From: Felis catus
Taxonomy: Eukaryota
DNA: 64,000 nt
Assembly (NCBI RefSeq): GCF_018350175.1
Contig: NC_058368.1
Location: 52,826,001 to 52,890,000, forward strand
Reading direction: 5' to 3'
Below, one piece after another: positions 24,908-36,296 of the stretch (position 1 is the stretch's first letter; the number at the start of each line of letters is the position of its first letter). The translations under genes and the position numbers were made by a program. Below the pieces are notes generated by a model, which saw nothing but the letters and a program-made list of their open reading frames with translations, did no database searches and had not been told where the DNA came from.

Positions 24908-25125
24908 TTTAAATTTTTTTTAACGTTTTATTTATTTTTGAGACAGAGAGAGACAGAGCATGAACGGGGGAGGGGCAGAGAGAGAGGGAGACACAGAATC
25001 GGAAACAGGCTCCAGGCTCCGAGCCATCAGCCCACAGCCCGACACGGGGCTCGAACTCACGGACCGCGAGATCGTGACCCGAGGTGAAGTCAGACGCTTA
25101 ACCGACTGAGCCACCCAGGCGCCCC
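24908..25125 (-). mobile_element. Can-SINE (young/intermediate)
   Basis: TSD tacattaaYtgattttt (24891-24907, 25127-25143). Confidence 0.96.
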
Positions 25126-26169
25126 ATACATTAACTGATTTTTGAATGGTGAACCAGCCTTGCATGGCTGAAATAAATCCCACTTGTTCATGGTGTATAA
25201 TTGTTTTCATATGTTGTTGGACTTGATTTGCTACTTTTTTCTGGAGGATTTTGCATTTGTATTTATGACAGATATTAGTCTATAGTCTTCTTTCCTTTGT
25301 CAAATAGTTTTCTATTTCAATTGGCCTAACATGACATCCAAATGGATTACCAATTACCAGTAGTTATTAACAGAATTATTTTTATCTTACAATTTTAATA
25401 TTACCCAGGTTGAATTAGATAAAGAAAACTAATTCATAAAACCTTGACTATAGAGAATCCACTCCCCTCCAACATTATTAAGATCAGAAGTTTGCTTTTA
25501 TTTTAGGCATGGTTAACCAATTACATAAAAGCAATTTGCCATGTTTGAGGTCATGGTTCTGATACATATTTTCTTTCGTACTCATCAAAAGTTTAAGCAA
25601 ATATGGATGAGAAAAAAAGTGACTGCAAAGACAAAGTTACAATTTCTATCTCAGTAACAAGATTAGGGGATTAGGATGAATAACATTTTCACTGACTTTT
25701 TAGTTGGTATTTTAAAAAATAATGTACACAGTGGAGGAGTTAAGAGATCTAATGAGTTTGAAGTTTAAAGTTTTAGCTCTTTTAAGAAAGGATTGTGAAT
25801 GCTTGATAGGACATGATTAGGACCTACATTATTATATTTACATTTATATTTGATTTGTCTTGAGGGATATGTACACTGTCACATTTGCAAATGACATAAC
25901 AAGGCATTATGAAACTGAATGTTATTCAGACAAATTACTTATTTTTGTGTTTATGATTTATTCTGTTATTTATTTCCATGGTCTACCCAGCGTTTCTGGA
26001 GGCCAACATTAATATCATTTAACAGTTATATGATTAACAGCCTAGTATAGTGATTACCACTCCCAGGCTTATTCTCCTGTCATCCCTGAAATGCCTATAC
26101 ACAGAACAAAAATCCCACAACCTGATTGCATTCCATTCTATTAGCCCTTAATAATAATGAGTAAGAGTT

Positions 26170-26397
26170 ATTTATTTATTTATTTATTTATTTTAATGTT
26201 TATTTATTTTGAGAGAGAGAGAGGCAGAGTGCGAGCGGGGGTGGGGGGTGGGGTGCAGAGAGAGAGGAAAACACCGAATCCGAAGCAGGCTCAAGGCTCT
26301 GAGCTGTCAGCACAGACCCAGACTTGGGGCTCAAACTCACGAAGCATGAGATCATGACCTGAGCTGAAGTCAGACACTCAACTCACCCAGGTGCCCC
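26170..26397 (-). mobile_element. Can-SINE
   Basis: Reverse head cacccaggtgcccc, core gagatcatgacctgagctgaagtc, (TTTA) tail. Confidence 0.93.
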
Positions 26398-26414
26398 AAT
26401 AAGTAAGATTTATA

Positions 26415-26640
26415 GATTTATGCTGTGTGCCAAGTGCTAATGTGTTACAGGCATTAATTCATTAAATTATTACAACAACCCTATGAGGCAGGTACCAATA
26501 GTATCGTTTATTTTATTCATGAGGTACCTGAAGCACAGAGAGGTTATCACATTGTGTGCAAGGTCACCCAGCCAGAAACCAAGATGTAAACCCAGGTGTT
26601 AAGAATTTAGAACATTCTCTTATCTACTGTGCTACACTGA
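26415..26640 (-). mobile_element. MIR remnant
   Basis: acaacaaccctatgaggcaggtac...ctgaagcacagagaggtta...caaggtcacccagc. Confidence 0.8.
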
Positions 26641-26784
26641 CTTCCAATTAAAGAAGAAATAAAACAAGCAAATACTTCCAACTTTCTTTAAACAAGTTCT
26701 TTATTTCATCTATTTGAATCTTATAGACACTTTAGACATAATATAGAAAGAAAATAATTTTTATATGCCTTTGATGTATTCTTT

Positions 26785-27029
26785 TTTATAATAAGACATT
26801 AAAATTTTTTTTTTTAACATTTATTCATTTTTGAGAGTGAGAGAGACAGAGCATGAGCGGGGGAGGGGCAGAGAGAGAGAGAGAGAGAGAGGAAGACACA
26901 GAATCCGAAGCAGGCTCCAGGCTCTGAGCTGTCAGCGCAGAGCCAACGTGGGGCTTGAACTCATGAACTGTGAGATCATGACCTGAGCTGAAGTCAGATG
27001 CTTAACCGACTGAGCCACTCAGGCGCCCC
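26785..27029 (-). mobile_element. Can-SINE
   Basis: 17-bp TSD cctttgatgtattcttt (26768-26784, 27031-27047). Confidence 0.96.
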
Positions 27030-27121
27030 ACCTTTGATGTATTCTTTATATTTTATTATAAATTTAACTTCACTTAATAGAATTTAAATTTATGATTTAA
27101 ATGCCCTAAAGGGGATTTATT

Positions 27122-27337
27122 TTTTTATTTTTTAAAATTTTTATTTATTTATCTTGAAAGAGACAGAGATAGTGGGGGAGAGACAGAGAGAGAGAGAAAG
27201 AGAGAGAGAATCCTAAGCAGGCTCTACTGCCCACTGCGGAACCCAACATGGGGCTTGAACCCACGAACTATGAGATCGTGACTTGTGCTGAAACCAAGAG
27301 TTGTACGTTTAACCGACTGAGCCACCCAGGCTCCCCC
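27122..27337 (-). mobile_element. Can-SINE
   Basis: 14-bp TSD aaaggggatttatt (27108-27121, 27338-27351). Confidence 0.95.
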
Positions 27338-28989
27338 AAAGGGGATTTATTAAGTCCCCTGATTGGGGAATCTGGAATGCCTCAGAACAACTGGATCCAG
27401 AGGTTCAAATCCTATTCTTAGGTTGGTCTCTCTACATCTCTCGGATATATTTTCTCTATAGGATGGGCTAAATGGTCTCCAGTGGTTACATCTTAGAAGC
27501 CTAACAACTCCAATGGAATAATTATATATCTGTTAATAATGTTTTTTTTTTTTATCAGACTTCAAGAATCAACTTCATGATTTTGCAGATTTCAGCAAAA
27601 TTTATTCAATTTACAAACCTGGTAAAATTGAGATGGGACTCTATGCTGCTATACGTTGTAGGGACTTTTAGAGTTTTGACCTCTTTTTGATATTTACTCT
27701 TATTGGGGAATGTGAATTATCTTATTAACATTGCCCACACCTCACACTGACTCATTTTTGATGAAGAATTAACTTAAAGCACTTCCATAGAGATGCTCCT
27801 TCTAATTTTCTCCCTTAACACACTGCCCCTATGTGTTCTGATTATTCACCTTCCTGCTCTGACTGATATGGGCAAATCCCTCTCTGAAGAGTCAAAAGGT
27901 GAACTAGATGTGAGTAAAGTCACTAGCCTGCATAAGGACTCGTCAAGAGCTGACTGACTGACTGTATTCTGACGCGTTTCTCTTCCTTACAGCCAATTCC
28001 TCACTGACAACATCATGAAGGCCATGGCCAGCTCCTCGTGTAATAGGATAGTTCTACTCTCTCAAGCTGTAGGCTGTCCTGTTTGGTCTCCCAGCGTACA
28101 CATGGGAGCTTATTTTCCCCGGTCATCCAGGTGTCCTCCATCCTCCCTAGGTCTTAGGAGTGTCCTAGGAAAGGGCAGACAGGTGTCCTCAAGGGGTAGG
28201 TAAATGAGGCAACACTCAAGCTACAGCCAGGCTCATGACTCTCCCCCATGCTATAGGAATCTTTCTCTCATTGGGATGATTGGCAGGTGGCATCTTGCAA
28301 TGAGGCCAGTCTTTGCAAGTGGTCCTCGTTCAGTAGGGCTGGGGTCGGCCCCCTGGTCCAGCATAGCACCTTGTACACTGAAATGGCACTTCCGTTAGTG
28401 GTCCTTCTCTTGGTCTACTTCCTGGTACTTTTCTGAAATACGTTCACTCCGAGACCTCACCCTAAGATGGGGCCTTACTTAGGCATTTCCAACTTCAAAA
28501 CGAGTGCAATGTCCTCTTGCTGGGCCCTTTCTCCCTTCTCTTAATCTCTTCTGGAGCTGAAACCACGCCTGGTTCCTCTCACACAAAATCCCCCAAAGTT
28601 TCTTTTCTTCCACGGTAGGGCTTAATAATGGTCACTAGTTCAGGGTCCTAAGTGAGACCTTAGCAACATGAAAATGTACTGACTCTTTGAGAAAAAACAA
28701 CAACAACAAACTTTTACCAACATAAGTATTCTTAGGAGAAGAGAGGTTTTCTTCTATCCTGAGAAGTTACTCTTTTTATAAAAGTGAGATAAATGGCTTC
28801 ACAATCAGTAAAACAATTGAATGAAACATGAGATCTGAACTTTTTGTATCTTCCCTCTTTCTGTTACACAGCTGTCCAATCTGCTTAGCTTGAGAAGGTT
28901 GCCAGTTTTTTATCTACACCTTTTTTCACGACCAAGCAGAAATGCAAATAGTGCCATGATTCCGTCTTCCTTCTAGATCATTCTTGCCT

Positions 28990-29135
28990 CATCACTATCT
29001 AACAGAACTTTCTGGGATGAAAGCACTTGATACCTGGCTAGTGTCATTGAGAAGCTGAATTTGTAAATTCTTTTATAACAAATTTAAATTCAAGTAGCCA
29101 GATGTGGCTACTTGTTATCACATTGGACAGCAGAG
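28990..29135. mobile_element. MER3-like hAT MITE remnant
   Basis: aacagaactttctgggatga...agtagccagatgtggctacttg...cacattggacagcag. Confidence 0.7.
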
Positions 29136-29206
29136 GTTTATGTTTTCTGGAAAGCAACTTAATAACATACTAACAATTTAAAAATGTTCATATATATATG
29201 TCTAGA

Positions 29207-29291
29207 GGTTTTATTTATTTAGAGCAGTTTTAGGTTCACAGTAAAATTGAGTAATTGGAACAGAGATTTCCCACGTACCCACCACCTCCAC
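29207..29291 (-). mobile_element. Short old L1 3' end (L1MC-like), inside a possible plus-strand L1ME remnant
   Basis: tttagagcagttttaggttcacagtaaaattgag...cagagatttccca. Confidence 0.7.
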
Positions 29292-29703
29292 TTAATGTAT
29301 TTTTATTTTCAGTACTATATTCCATTCAGTGAAATGTTCATATGTAAGAATGTTTATCATAATACTGATATTCTACATAGAATGAGAAGAGTCAAATTGT
29401 GGTACAAGCTATGAAAAGTTGGGCTAAAAATAAAATTAAATACACGGGTTAATTGTTATGTAATGGTGTTAATATGCATAGATTCAAACTTTCTACATAG
29501 TGTTATCCCAAATTTAAATACATATATTATAGACACAATTAAAATAATTGAAGTAAACCAAATATTAATGGCTTTATTTTTAAATAGTGAACATATCAGT
29601 GATTTTAATTTCTTCTGTATATTTTTCTTATAATTTTAAAATTATAGTGAATAGGATTACTTCCTAAGTGGGAAAACCCTTAGTAAACATTATGTTAAAT
29701 CAG

Positions 29704-29918
29704 GTCATCTGGGTGGCTCAGTCTGTTAAGCATCTGACTTTGGCTCAGGTCATGATCTCGAATTCGTGAGATTGAGCCCCACGACCAGCTCTGTGCTGAC
29801 AGCTTAGAGCCTGGAGCCTGCTTCGGATTCTGTGTCTCCCTCTCTCTCTGCCCCTCCCCTGCTCATGTTCTGTCTCTCTCTCTCTCAAAAATAAAATAAA
29901 CATTAACAAATTTTTAAA
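29704..29918 (+). mobile_element. Can-SINE
   Basis: 19-bp TSD aaacattatgttaaatcag (29685-29703, 29919-29937). Confidence 0.96.
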
Positions 29919-30494
29919 AAACATTATGTTAAATCAGTTGTAAATATTACAGAAGACATGAAAATAAGAATTGACAAAAGAGTACTGGCCTTGACAACTA
30001 GAAGTTCAGTGGTGGAATCTGATAAAGCCAATTAAGGTAGATGGTCTCAGAAGAGATCAAAAGGGACCAGAGAGTGAGTGGGGAGAAGAGACCCGAAGGC
30101 ATCAGGCTCAGCCTCCCATTCAGAAGGTGTGGCTCTGAAAGGAAGGAGGAAAATATGTCATAATCATATCATCTTTTGAGAGTCTACCAAGTATCACACT
30201 TGATTTTTTACATTTGGCTGACAAAACAATTAAATGTTATGATGTCTGTGTATAATCAGAAAACTGACGCGTAGAGATACTAATTTGTCTTACAAAAACA
30301 AAGCAATTGATATTAAAACCTGGCGACTTTCCACCGTACTCCATTGTCTCCCACCAGATGGTTAAATAAGGTCAGGTGAATGGTGCCTTCTTTCTTCTTT
30401 CCTCCTTTCCTCCCTCCCTCCCTCCCTCCTTCTTCCTTTCTTCTTTCATTCCTTTCTGCAAGTGAAGACCCATCTAGGGACAGAGGAAAGAATC

Positions 30495-30730
30495 ACAAAA
30501 GAGTAGCCAACTCACGAATTTGGATTCGGGCCAGCCTGGATTCAAACTCCTTGCTCAACTCCAGGCATCCTCTTTTACCGCTCCAGCTCAGTTTTCTCAT
30601 TTATCCAGCGGAGATAACAATATATACCTCAGAGAGCTGTTATGATAATTAGAAATATAATGTATGTAAAAGTATCTAGCACGATGCCCAGCACAAAATA
30701 GCCTTAATACACAGTTGATATAGTTATTGA
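30495..30730 (+). mobile_element. MIR remnant
   Basis: cctggattcaaactcc...ctcagttttctcattt...acctcagagagctgtt...atgtaaaagtatctagcac. Confidence 0.75.
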
Positions 30731-31098
30731 TACCATTTTGTTACATGATTGAATTGCCCTTGGTTTCCTGGAGGTGATAGAGGGCAGGTCTTGACTGTGT
30801 TGTATATTTAGGAATAGTCTCTATTTTTGTATGCAAAGATGAATAAAATTTTAGTCACTGGCTAATTCATTCCCTTAGCAGACTTCCATTAATGCCAACC
30901 GTGTGCCCAATATGGCTCTGGGAAGTGGAGATGGCCCTCTCCTAAGAAGCAAGCAGACAGACACTTATGTAAAGTGATTATCAAAAAGCAGTTAATAACT
31001 GCTCTGATAGAGACATATACTGAGCGCTGGGGAAGCCAGGGGGAGGTAAGCATTCTGCCTGGGGCAGTCGCAGAAGGCATCAGAGAGAAAGTGACTTT

Positions 31099-31117
31099 TT
31101 AAAAATGTTTATTTATT

Positions 31118-31173
<56 letters not shown>

Positions 31174-31310
31174 GACAGAGAATTCCCAAGCAGGCTTCGT
31201 GCTGTCAGCACAGAGCCTGATGCAGGGCTTGAACTCACAAACTGTGAGATCATGACTTGAGCTGAAATCAAGAGTCACATGCTTAACCGACTGAACCACC
31301 CAGGCACCGG
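31099..31310 (-). mobile_element. Can-SINE with long (GA)n, inside an L2 remnant (about 30865-31325)
   Basis: TSD gagaaRgtgacttt (31085-31098, 31311-31324). Confidence 0.95.
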
Positions 31311-31494
31311 GAGAAGGTGACTTTCTATAGTGATGATAACCAATACCATCTTCTAGGGGCCCAGAAGTACACTAAAAGTTGTGCATAGTTTATTGCATTT
31401 GCCTTTACTATGTCATCCTGCCTCCCACCTCATGACCCTCAATGAGAAGTTGCAATATTAACACGTCCCCTAATATGCCATCCAGGAAAAGTGG

Positions 31495-31690
31495 AGGTAC
31501 AGGGCTCTCGAAGTGTTTTCTATGAGAAGCTACCCCTCACAGATGCTACCTGAAAAGGACTCCACAGTTGAATATATTTGAGAAATAAGTAATACTCCTC
31601 TTAGGCTATTGCAATGTATGGTGATTTTATAGGTTCTGAGAAGACTTCCCTGAGATTTTTAAATTCAGACTTTCCCAAATAGCAATTACA
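31495..31690. mobile_element. Probable old hAT-Charlie MITE remnant
   Basis: atatttgagaaat...ggttctgagaag...tttcccaaa motifs resemble Charlie-family MITEs. Confidence 0.4.
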
Positions 31691-32429
31691 TTTTTAAAAA
31701 AGATAACTGTAAATAGCAAATATCTGTATGCTTTCTGAAATTCTCTTTCTAAGAGGGAGAGTCATGGGAGTAATGGTGACTTCTGTTACATATTTTAAGG
31801 TATTTCTAATGAAAGTGGCACAGGCTTGAATGGGTGGAAGTGACAGTAGGAGAAGTTGAAAAATCATGAAATGATATAAAGGGTGGAATCAGAAAACAGC
31901 AAATCTGTGTTGTCTGGAAGAGTACGTTGATTAGAAGAGAGTAACTTCCTGAAAATTTAGGTTAAACTCTTGTAAAATTTCAGGAAGTTGATTTGGGGAT
32001 CGTATTTAGAAAAGATATGCAAAACTATCATTATACTGACATAGACATACCCTCTGTTTATATTGTTTTGCTTAGTTTTACTCTTTCTTAAGCCATTCCT
32101 AATTAAATTACCCTTAGTCATTTTTTTCATATTTCCCCAGTATGTTAAATTTGGTTCTGCAATATTACCTGTGAATGAAAAGGCTTCTGAAATCACTAAA
32201 AAAGACTTTTAAACAGTTTCTAGTTTTCAATTGCATGATTGCTTTTCAATGATAGTGTGGTCATGACCTGAATTTTCTTACCAAGTGCAATGAATCTTTT
32301 CTTATTGCTGGTTAATTATTACCATTGGATGAATATCTGTTTAATGTAATGAACCCGAAGTGAGTCTTCTAGTTTCCTTTGAAGGTTGTGAGACAAATGG
32401 TTCTAGAAGATGATTAAATGATAAAAAGA

Positions 32430-33620
32430 CACATTCCAGGGACGTCCCTCCCTGTCGTGATCCCACTCTTTTGCACTTGGGCTCTTTAAGTTTCCGACTG
32501 TCATCAAATCGGAGTTTCCCCGGAAGTGGCCCATGGTCCACTCAGTGATGCGCGCATCACAACTGTAGCGAGGAGCTCCAAGGAAAATATAAATGACCAG
32601 AGCGAAGTGACGGGGGGTTTGACAGCACAGGTGCAAAATCTCTATCGCGGGGGTCGGCACCAGGTGTCGCCTGGTATCGTTCCGGTTTGGGACAAGCATC
32701 CTGGGATGCGGGGAGGACTCCCAGGCCCCCGTGAGTAATTGCCTCTGCAGGAAGGGAAGGGTTAGGAAGAGCTGGGGCACAAGTGTGGAGGAGACTCGCC
32801 TTGCCTTCCCTCTCCGCAGTCAACCCACATTTCACGACGTCCATCTCCTCTTTTCCTTCCACTACAGTAAGGGGAAAAAAATTAACGAAGGCCTACTTTT
32901 TAATTAAATGTAGTACCACTTAGGAAGATGTATGCTAATCTGAGGCCAAATCTGCCGCCCTCAGCTTTACAAGATGCTGGCCCCAGCAGAGGCTGTAAAG
33001 CTCTCGATAAGAGAGGCGAGGAGCAAGGTGCAGGTCCCCCAGCGATAACCTCCTGACTCCGATATTATAGGTCTTTCTGCTGGAATTGAGTTCTACATCT
33101 TACTCGATGGGTTATTGTCACCGATGAGTAATGAACGCACCCAGCCCGAGTCCCAGGGTGCAGGAGGCGGTCGGCCAGGCCACCGGGAGGCCCAGCTGTG
33201 GGCGGCGGGGCGGGCGAATGAAGAGAAGGCAGTTAAAGGCGCAGTGACAGCGGCGACCGCGCGGGCCCTGCCGGGGGAGCCGCCACAGGCCGGCCTGGCG
33301 GCCGGGGCAGGGAGCGCGTGCATTAATCACAATGCTCCCCGGGCTAATGGGCAGCGCCGAGAAAGCAGCCGGGACCCCAGAACAAAGGCAGAACATGATG
33401 AAGGGCGCCCCTCGGCCAATGGGGACTTTGCAGGGCTGGTCTGGAGAAGGAAATAAATGGCAGTTACCACCGCGGCAAACTGAAGGCGTTAGGCGTGATT
33501 AGGCAGCGCGCTTAGGGGAGTCTGCTCGCGGGCCTAACAGCGTGCCTTCGCGAACCCGAATTTGTTTCTTTGCATGTCTGATTTGCTAGCAGCCTCCTAA
33601 GGAGTGGCGAAGGGGCTCCT
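32430..33620. promoter_or_regulatory. Orphan CpG island (internal promoter or poised enhancer)
   Basis: Abrupt rise in GC and CpG in non-repeat DNA, core about 33100-33560; ETS site ccggaagt 32520-32527; GC-box-like ggggcgggc; ccaat. Confidence 0.75.
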
Positions 33621-33777
33621 TTCTGAGCAACGGCACTGCAGGCTTGATAGGAGTTCTGTATTCGTTTCTGGTTGTAATTTTAAAAATCATGTCTGGGTAA
33701 TTTCTAGGATGTAACAGATGACACCGTTAGGTATGAATTTAAAATCCTCGTGTGCGATGCGTTTATATATTATTCTT

Positions 33778-33845
33778 TTTAAAAAAATGTTCGTTTATTT
33801 ATTTTGAGAGGGAGAGAGAGCATGGACAAGCAGGGGAGAGGTAGG

Positions 33846-33879
<34 letters not shown>

Positions 33880-34001
33880 CTCAAACGGGTTCCACACCCA
33901 GCGTGGAGCCGGACATGGGGCTTGATCCCACAACCCTGGGATCACCACTGGAGCTGAAATCAAGATTCGGACCCTCAATGACTGAGCCACCCAGGTGCCC
34001 C
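33778..34001 (-). mobile_element. Can-SINE (older subfamily)
   Basis: TSD tatatattattctt / tgtgtattattctt (33764-33777, 34002-34015). Confidence 0.92.
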
Positions 34002-34062
34002 TGTGTATTATTCTTAAAGTTACCATTGAATTGAGAACCTGACTAGCTATCTGCTAGTGAAT

Positions 34063-34287
34063 TTTTTTTTTAAATTTTTTAATGTTTGTTCATTTTTGAG
34101 AGGGAGGGAGAGAGAGAGAGAGAGCATGAGCAGGAAAGGGGCAGAGAGGGAAACATAGAATCCAAAGCAGGCTCCAGGCTCAGAGCTGTCAGCACAGAGC
34201 CAGATGTGGGGTTGGAACTCAGGAACCATGAAATCATGACCTGAACCCAACTTGGATGATTAAGGGAGAGAGCCACCCAGGCTCCCC
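34063..34287 (-). mobile_element. Can-SINE
   Basis: Reverse head agccacccaggctcccc; flanking agtgaatt duplication. Confidence 0.93.
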
Positions 34288-34716
34288 TGCAGTGAATTCT
34301 GATATTCCACTTGACCATTTCTTCTCTTAAAGTTGGGATGGTGGTGGAGAGACAGAGAGAGAGACAGAGAGAGAGAGAAGAGAGAAAAACATGCCTCTAG
34401 CCAAAGATAGAAAAACTTTAAGAGCGTAAATTGAAAACACGTGACCTTTCTCTGAGTCTAACATAGTGCAGTTTTTAGGAATGATGATTTAAAGGGAAGT
34501 AAACCAATTGGCATTTTCTTTTATATTTTTATAGTGATTGTATTGCACTGAATTATATGATAACCTGATTTATTTATAATCCTTTTTATCTGGAAGATTT
34601 TTATAATCTTCACATTTAGCAAAATAGTTCTGATGCTTATTTTAAGAAAGGTGTTAACTCAGGAATTCCTGGAAGAAAAGGATGGAAAATGTGGAATTAA
34701 GTACCAAAAGGCAGAG

Positions 34717-34735
34717 TAAGTGGGTCACTAGTTCA
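34717..34735 (+). promoter_or_regulatory. RORE / RevDR2-type nuclear receptor element
   Basis: TAAGT-GGGTCA-CT-AGTTCA: fits WAWNTRGGTCA plus a DR2 with CT spacer; function untested. Confidence 0.4.
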
Positions 34736-35054
34736 GGCTGGGGAAAAATAGGGGAGACAAAGTTTCCCCCCTTCAAACCAGGAGCTCCTAAGGGTCTTTG
34801 GCTTAGGTGACACAGTGGGGCAAACTTTCTAACTCGCCAGTCTCTTGCAAGAGTAGGGGTGGTCCTTTGCATTCCTTTTCTTTGCAACGATGAAATTGTG
34901 TTAGTGGTACCTAGTGCCCTGTTTGTCTCTTGTGATTCAGTTCCTTTTTGAAAATAACCCTCTTCTTTTTTCATTTTTAGTCACTGTGATATGGTAATGT
35001 CCTACCTCTGCACTCCCCCTATTCCATGCTGATTAGAGAAGAAGCAAGTTAGAG

Positions 35055-35185
35055 CCATTGAACTAGTTGTCAGCCTACCTAGAATCTAGTTCTGCATGGT
35101 TACTAATTGTTTGGCCTTTGGCAAGTGGTTTCATCTTGGGGAGTAGAGGGGACCTCCTTTTTCTCATCTGTAAAATCCACACTTG
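35055..35185 (+). mobile_element. MIR remnant
   Basis: ggcctttggcaagtggttt...ttttctcatctgtaaaat. Confidence 0.65.
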
Positions 35186-36224
35186 ACAATGGCATTTCAT
35201 TGGCTTTTTGCTCCTTCCCTGAAAATGCAATTAAACTACAAAGTCTTCACCTGTCTCTAGTTGCCTTTGAACAAGGGACTCAGAAACTGAAATGAAAGGT
35301 CTATCATGAATTAGGATACACAGCCTGTTCCAATAGTAAGTTTTGCTAAACTCACATGTATAGTATATGAGATAAAGTACCTTAGTGCCTTTAATATGGG
35401 GAAGTCTTAGGGTTTTAGATAATGACGTGCAACATCCCAGTAACTGCAAAATTAACACATCAATTACCGTAAGTTATGGTCCCCAATTTGCAGGGCTATC
35501 CTCCTGTGATTTCTTCTCTCGGCCTATCTGTGTGGTTCGGGCTCGCTTCCTGACTGCAATCAGATCCTCACCTATCATTATAATAGAGTGTCCTGAGTCT
35601 AAAGCACACCCAGTTCCCTCAGAATCATGGTGCATTAGTCAGAACGTATGCCATGCAAAAACCACCCAGGCCTTTGTGGCGTTGTAGAATTCTCCTACCT
35701 GCCAGATCATCATTTGGACAAATAGGTTTGGTTCCCATAGTCCTGCAAATAAAAGAGTTGAACCAGAGAACTCATGGCTGCTCTTATTTCAGAAGAACAG
35801 TTGACTATCCCATCATTTAAAGTAAATCAAGGAGTCCTATTTTGAGCCAGGGAAGAAAGAGATTGAACAAGTACATCATGATTTAGAAAATCAATTCTGT
35901 TAGTTAACCTTCAACCCGCAGCAGTACCCCAATAGGCTCAGGTCAAATGAGTATTAATGAATGTTTTTCTGAATGTGTGATTCTAATGGATAGGATCAGC
36001 ATATTGTTATTTTTTTACACTACATTTTTAAATTTTACAAAATGTAAAATGGCTGAATTGGCTTAAAAAATATACAAAATGCATGGTTCCCAAAAGAGTG
36101 AAAAAATCCTCACAACTAGAAGATTCTGAGCATAAGATTGTACATAACCTTAAAAGTCTAATTTAGTTTAAGATATTGATTGTAGATAAGAATCTGAAAA
36201 TGTCATTTAGCTACAGAACACGTT

Positions 36225-36244
36225 ATGTGTATATATACATGTAT

Positions 36245-36296
<52 letters not shown>
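36225..36296. repeat. Compound (TA)/(CA)n/(TA)n microsatellite
   Basis: Direct reading. Confidence 0.95.

Larger units (their letters stand above)
21860..25295 (-). mobile_element. Old L1 (L1MC/MD-like), about 3.4 kb including three nested SINEs; degenerate ORF2
   Basis: 3' end ttggagcagtttaaagttctacagaaaaattga; RT-region peptides on - strand ([28 protein letters not shown]). Confidence 0.88.

Noticed and set aside
24373..25210. Second set of RT-like peptides
   Set aside because: Decayed ORF2 of an old L1, interrupted by a SINE.
32403..33456. Longer ORFs (100-125 aa) in the CpG island
   Set aside because: Overlapping ORFs on both strands are expected from stop-codon scarcity at high GC; peptides are low-complexity.
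34480..34570. C/D-box snoRNA (atgatga ... ctga)
   Set aside because: No convincing terminal stem; AT-rich low-complexity interior.
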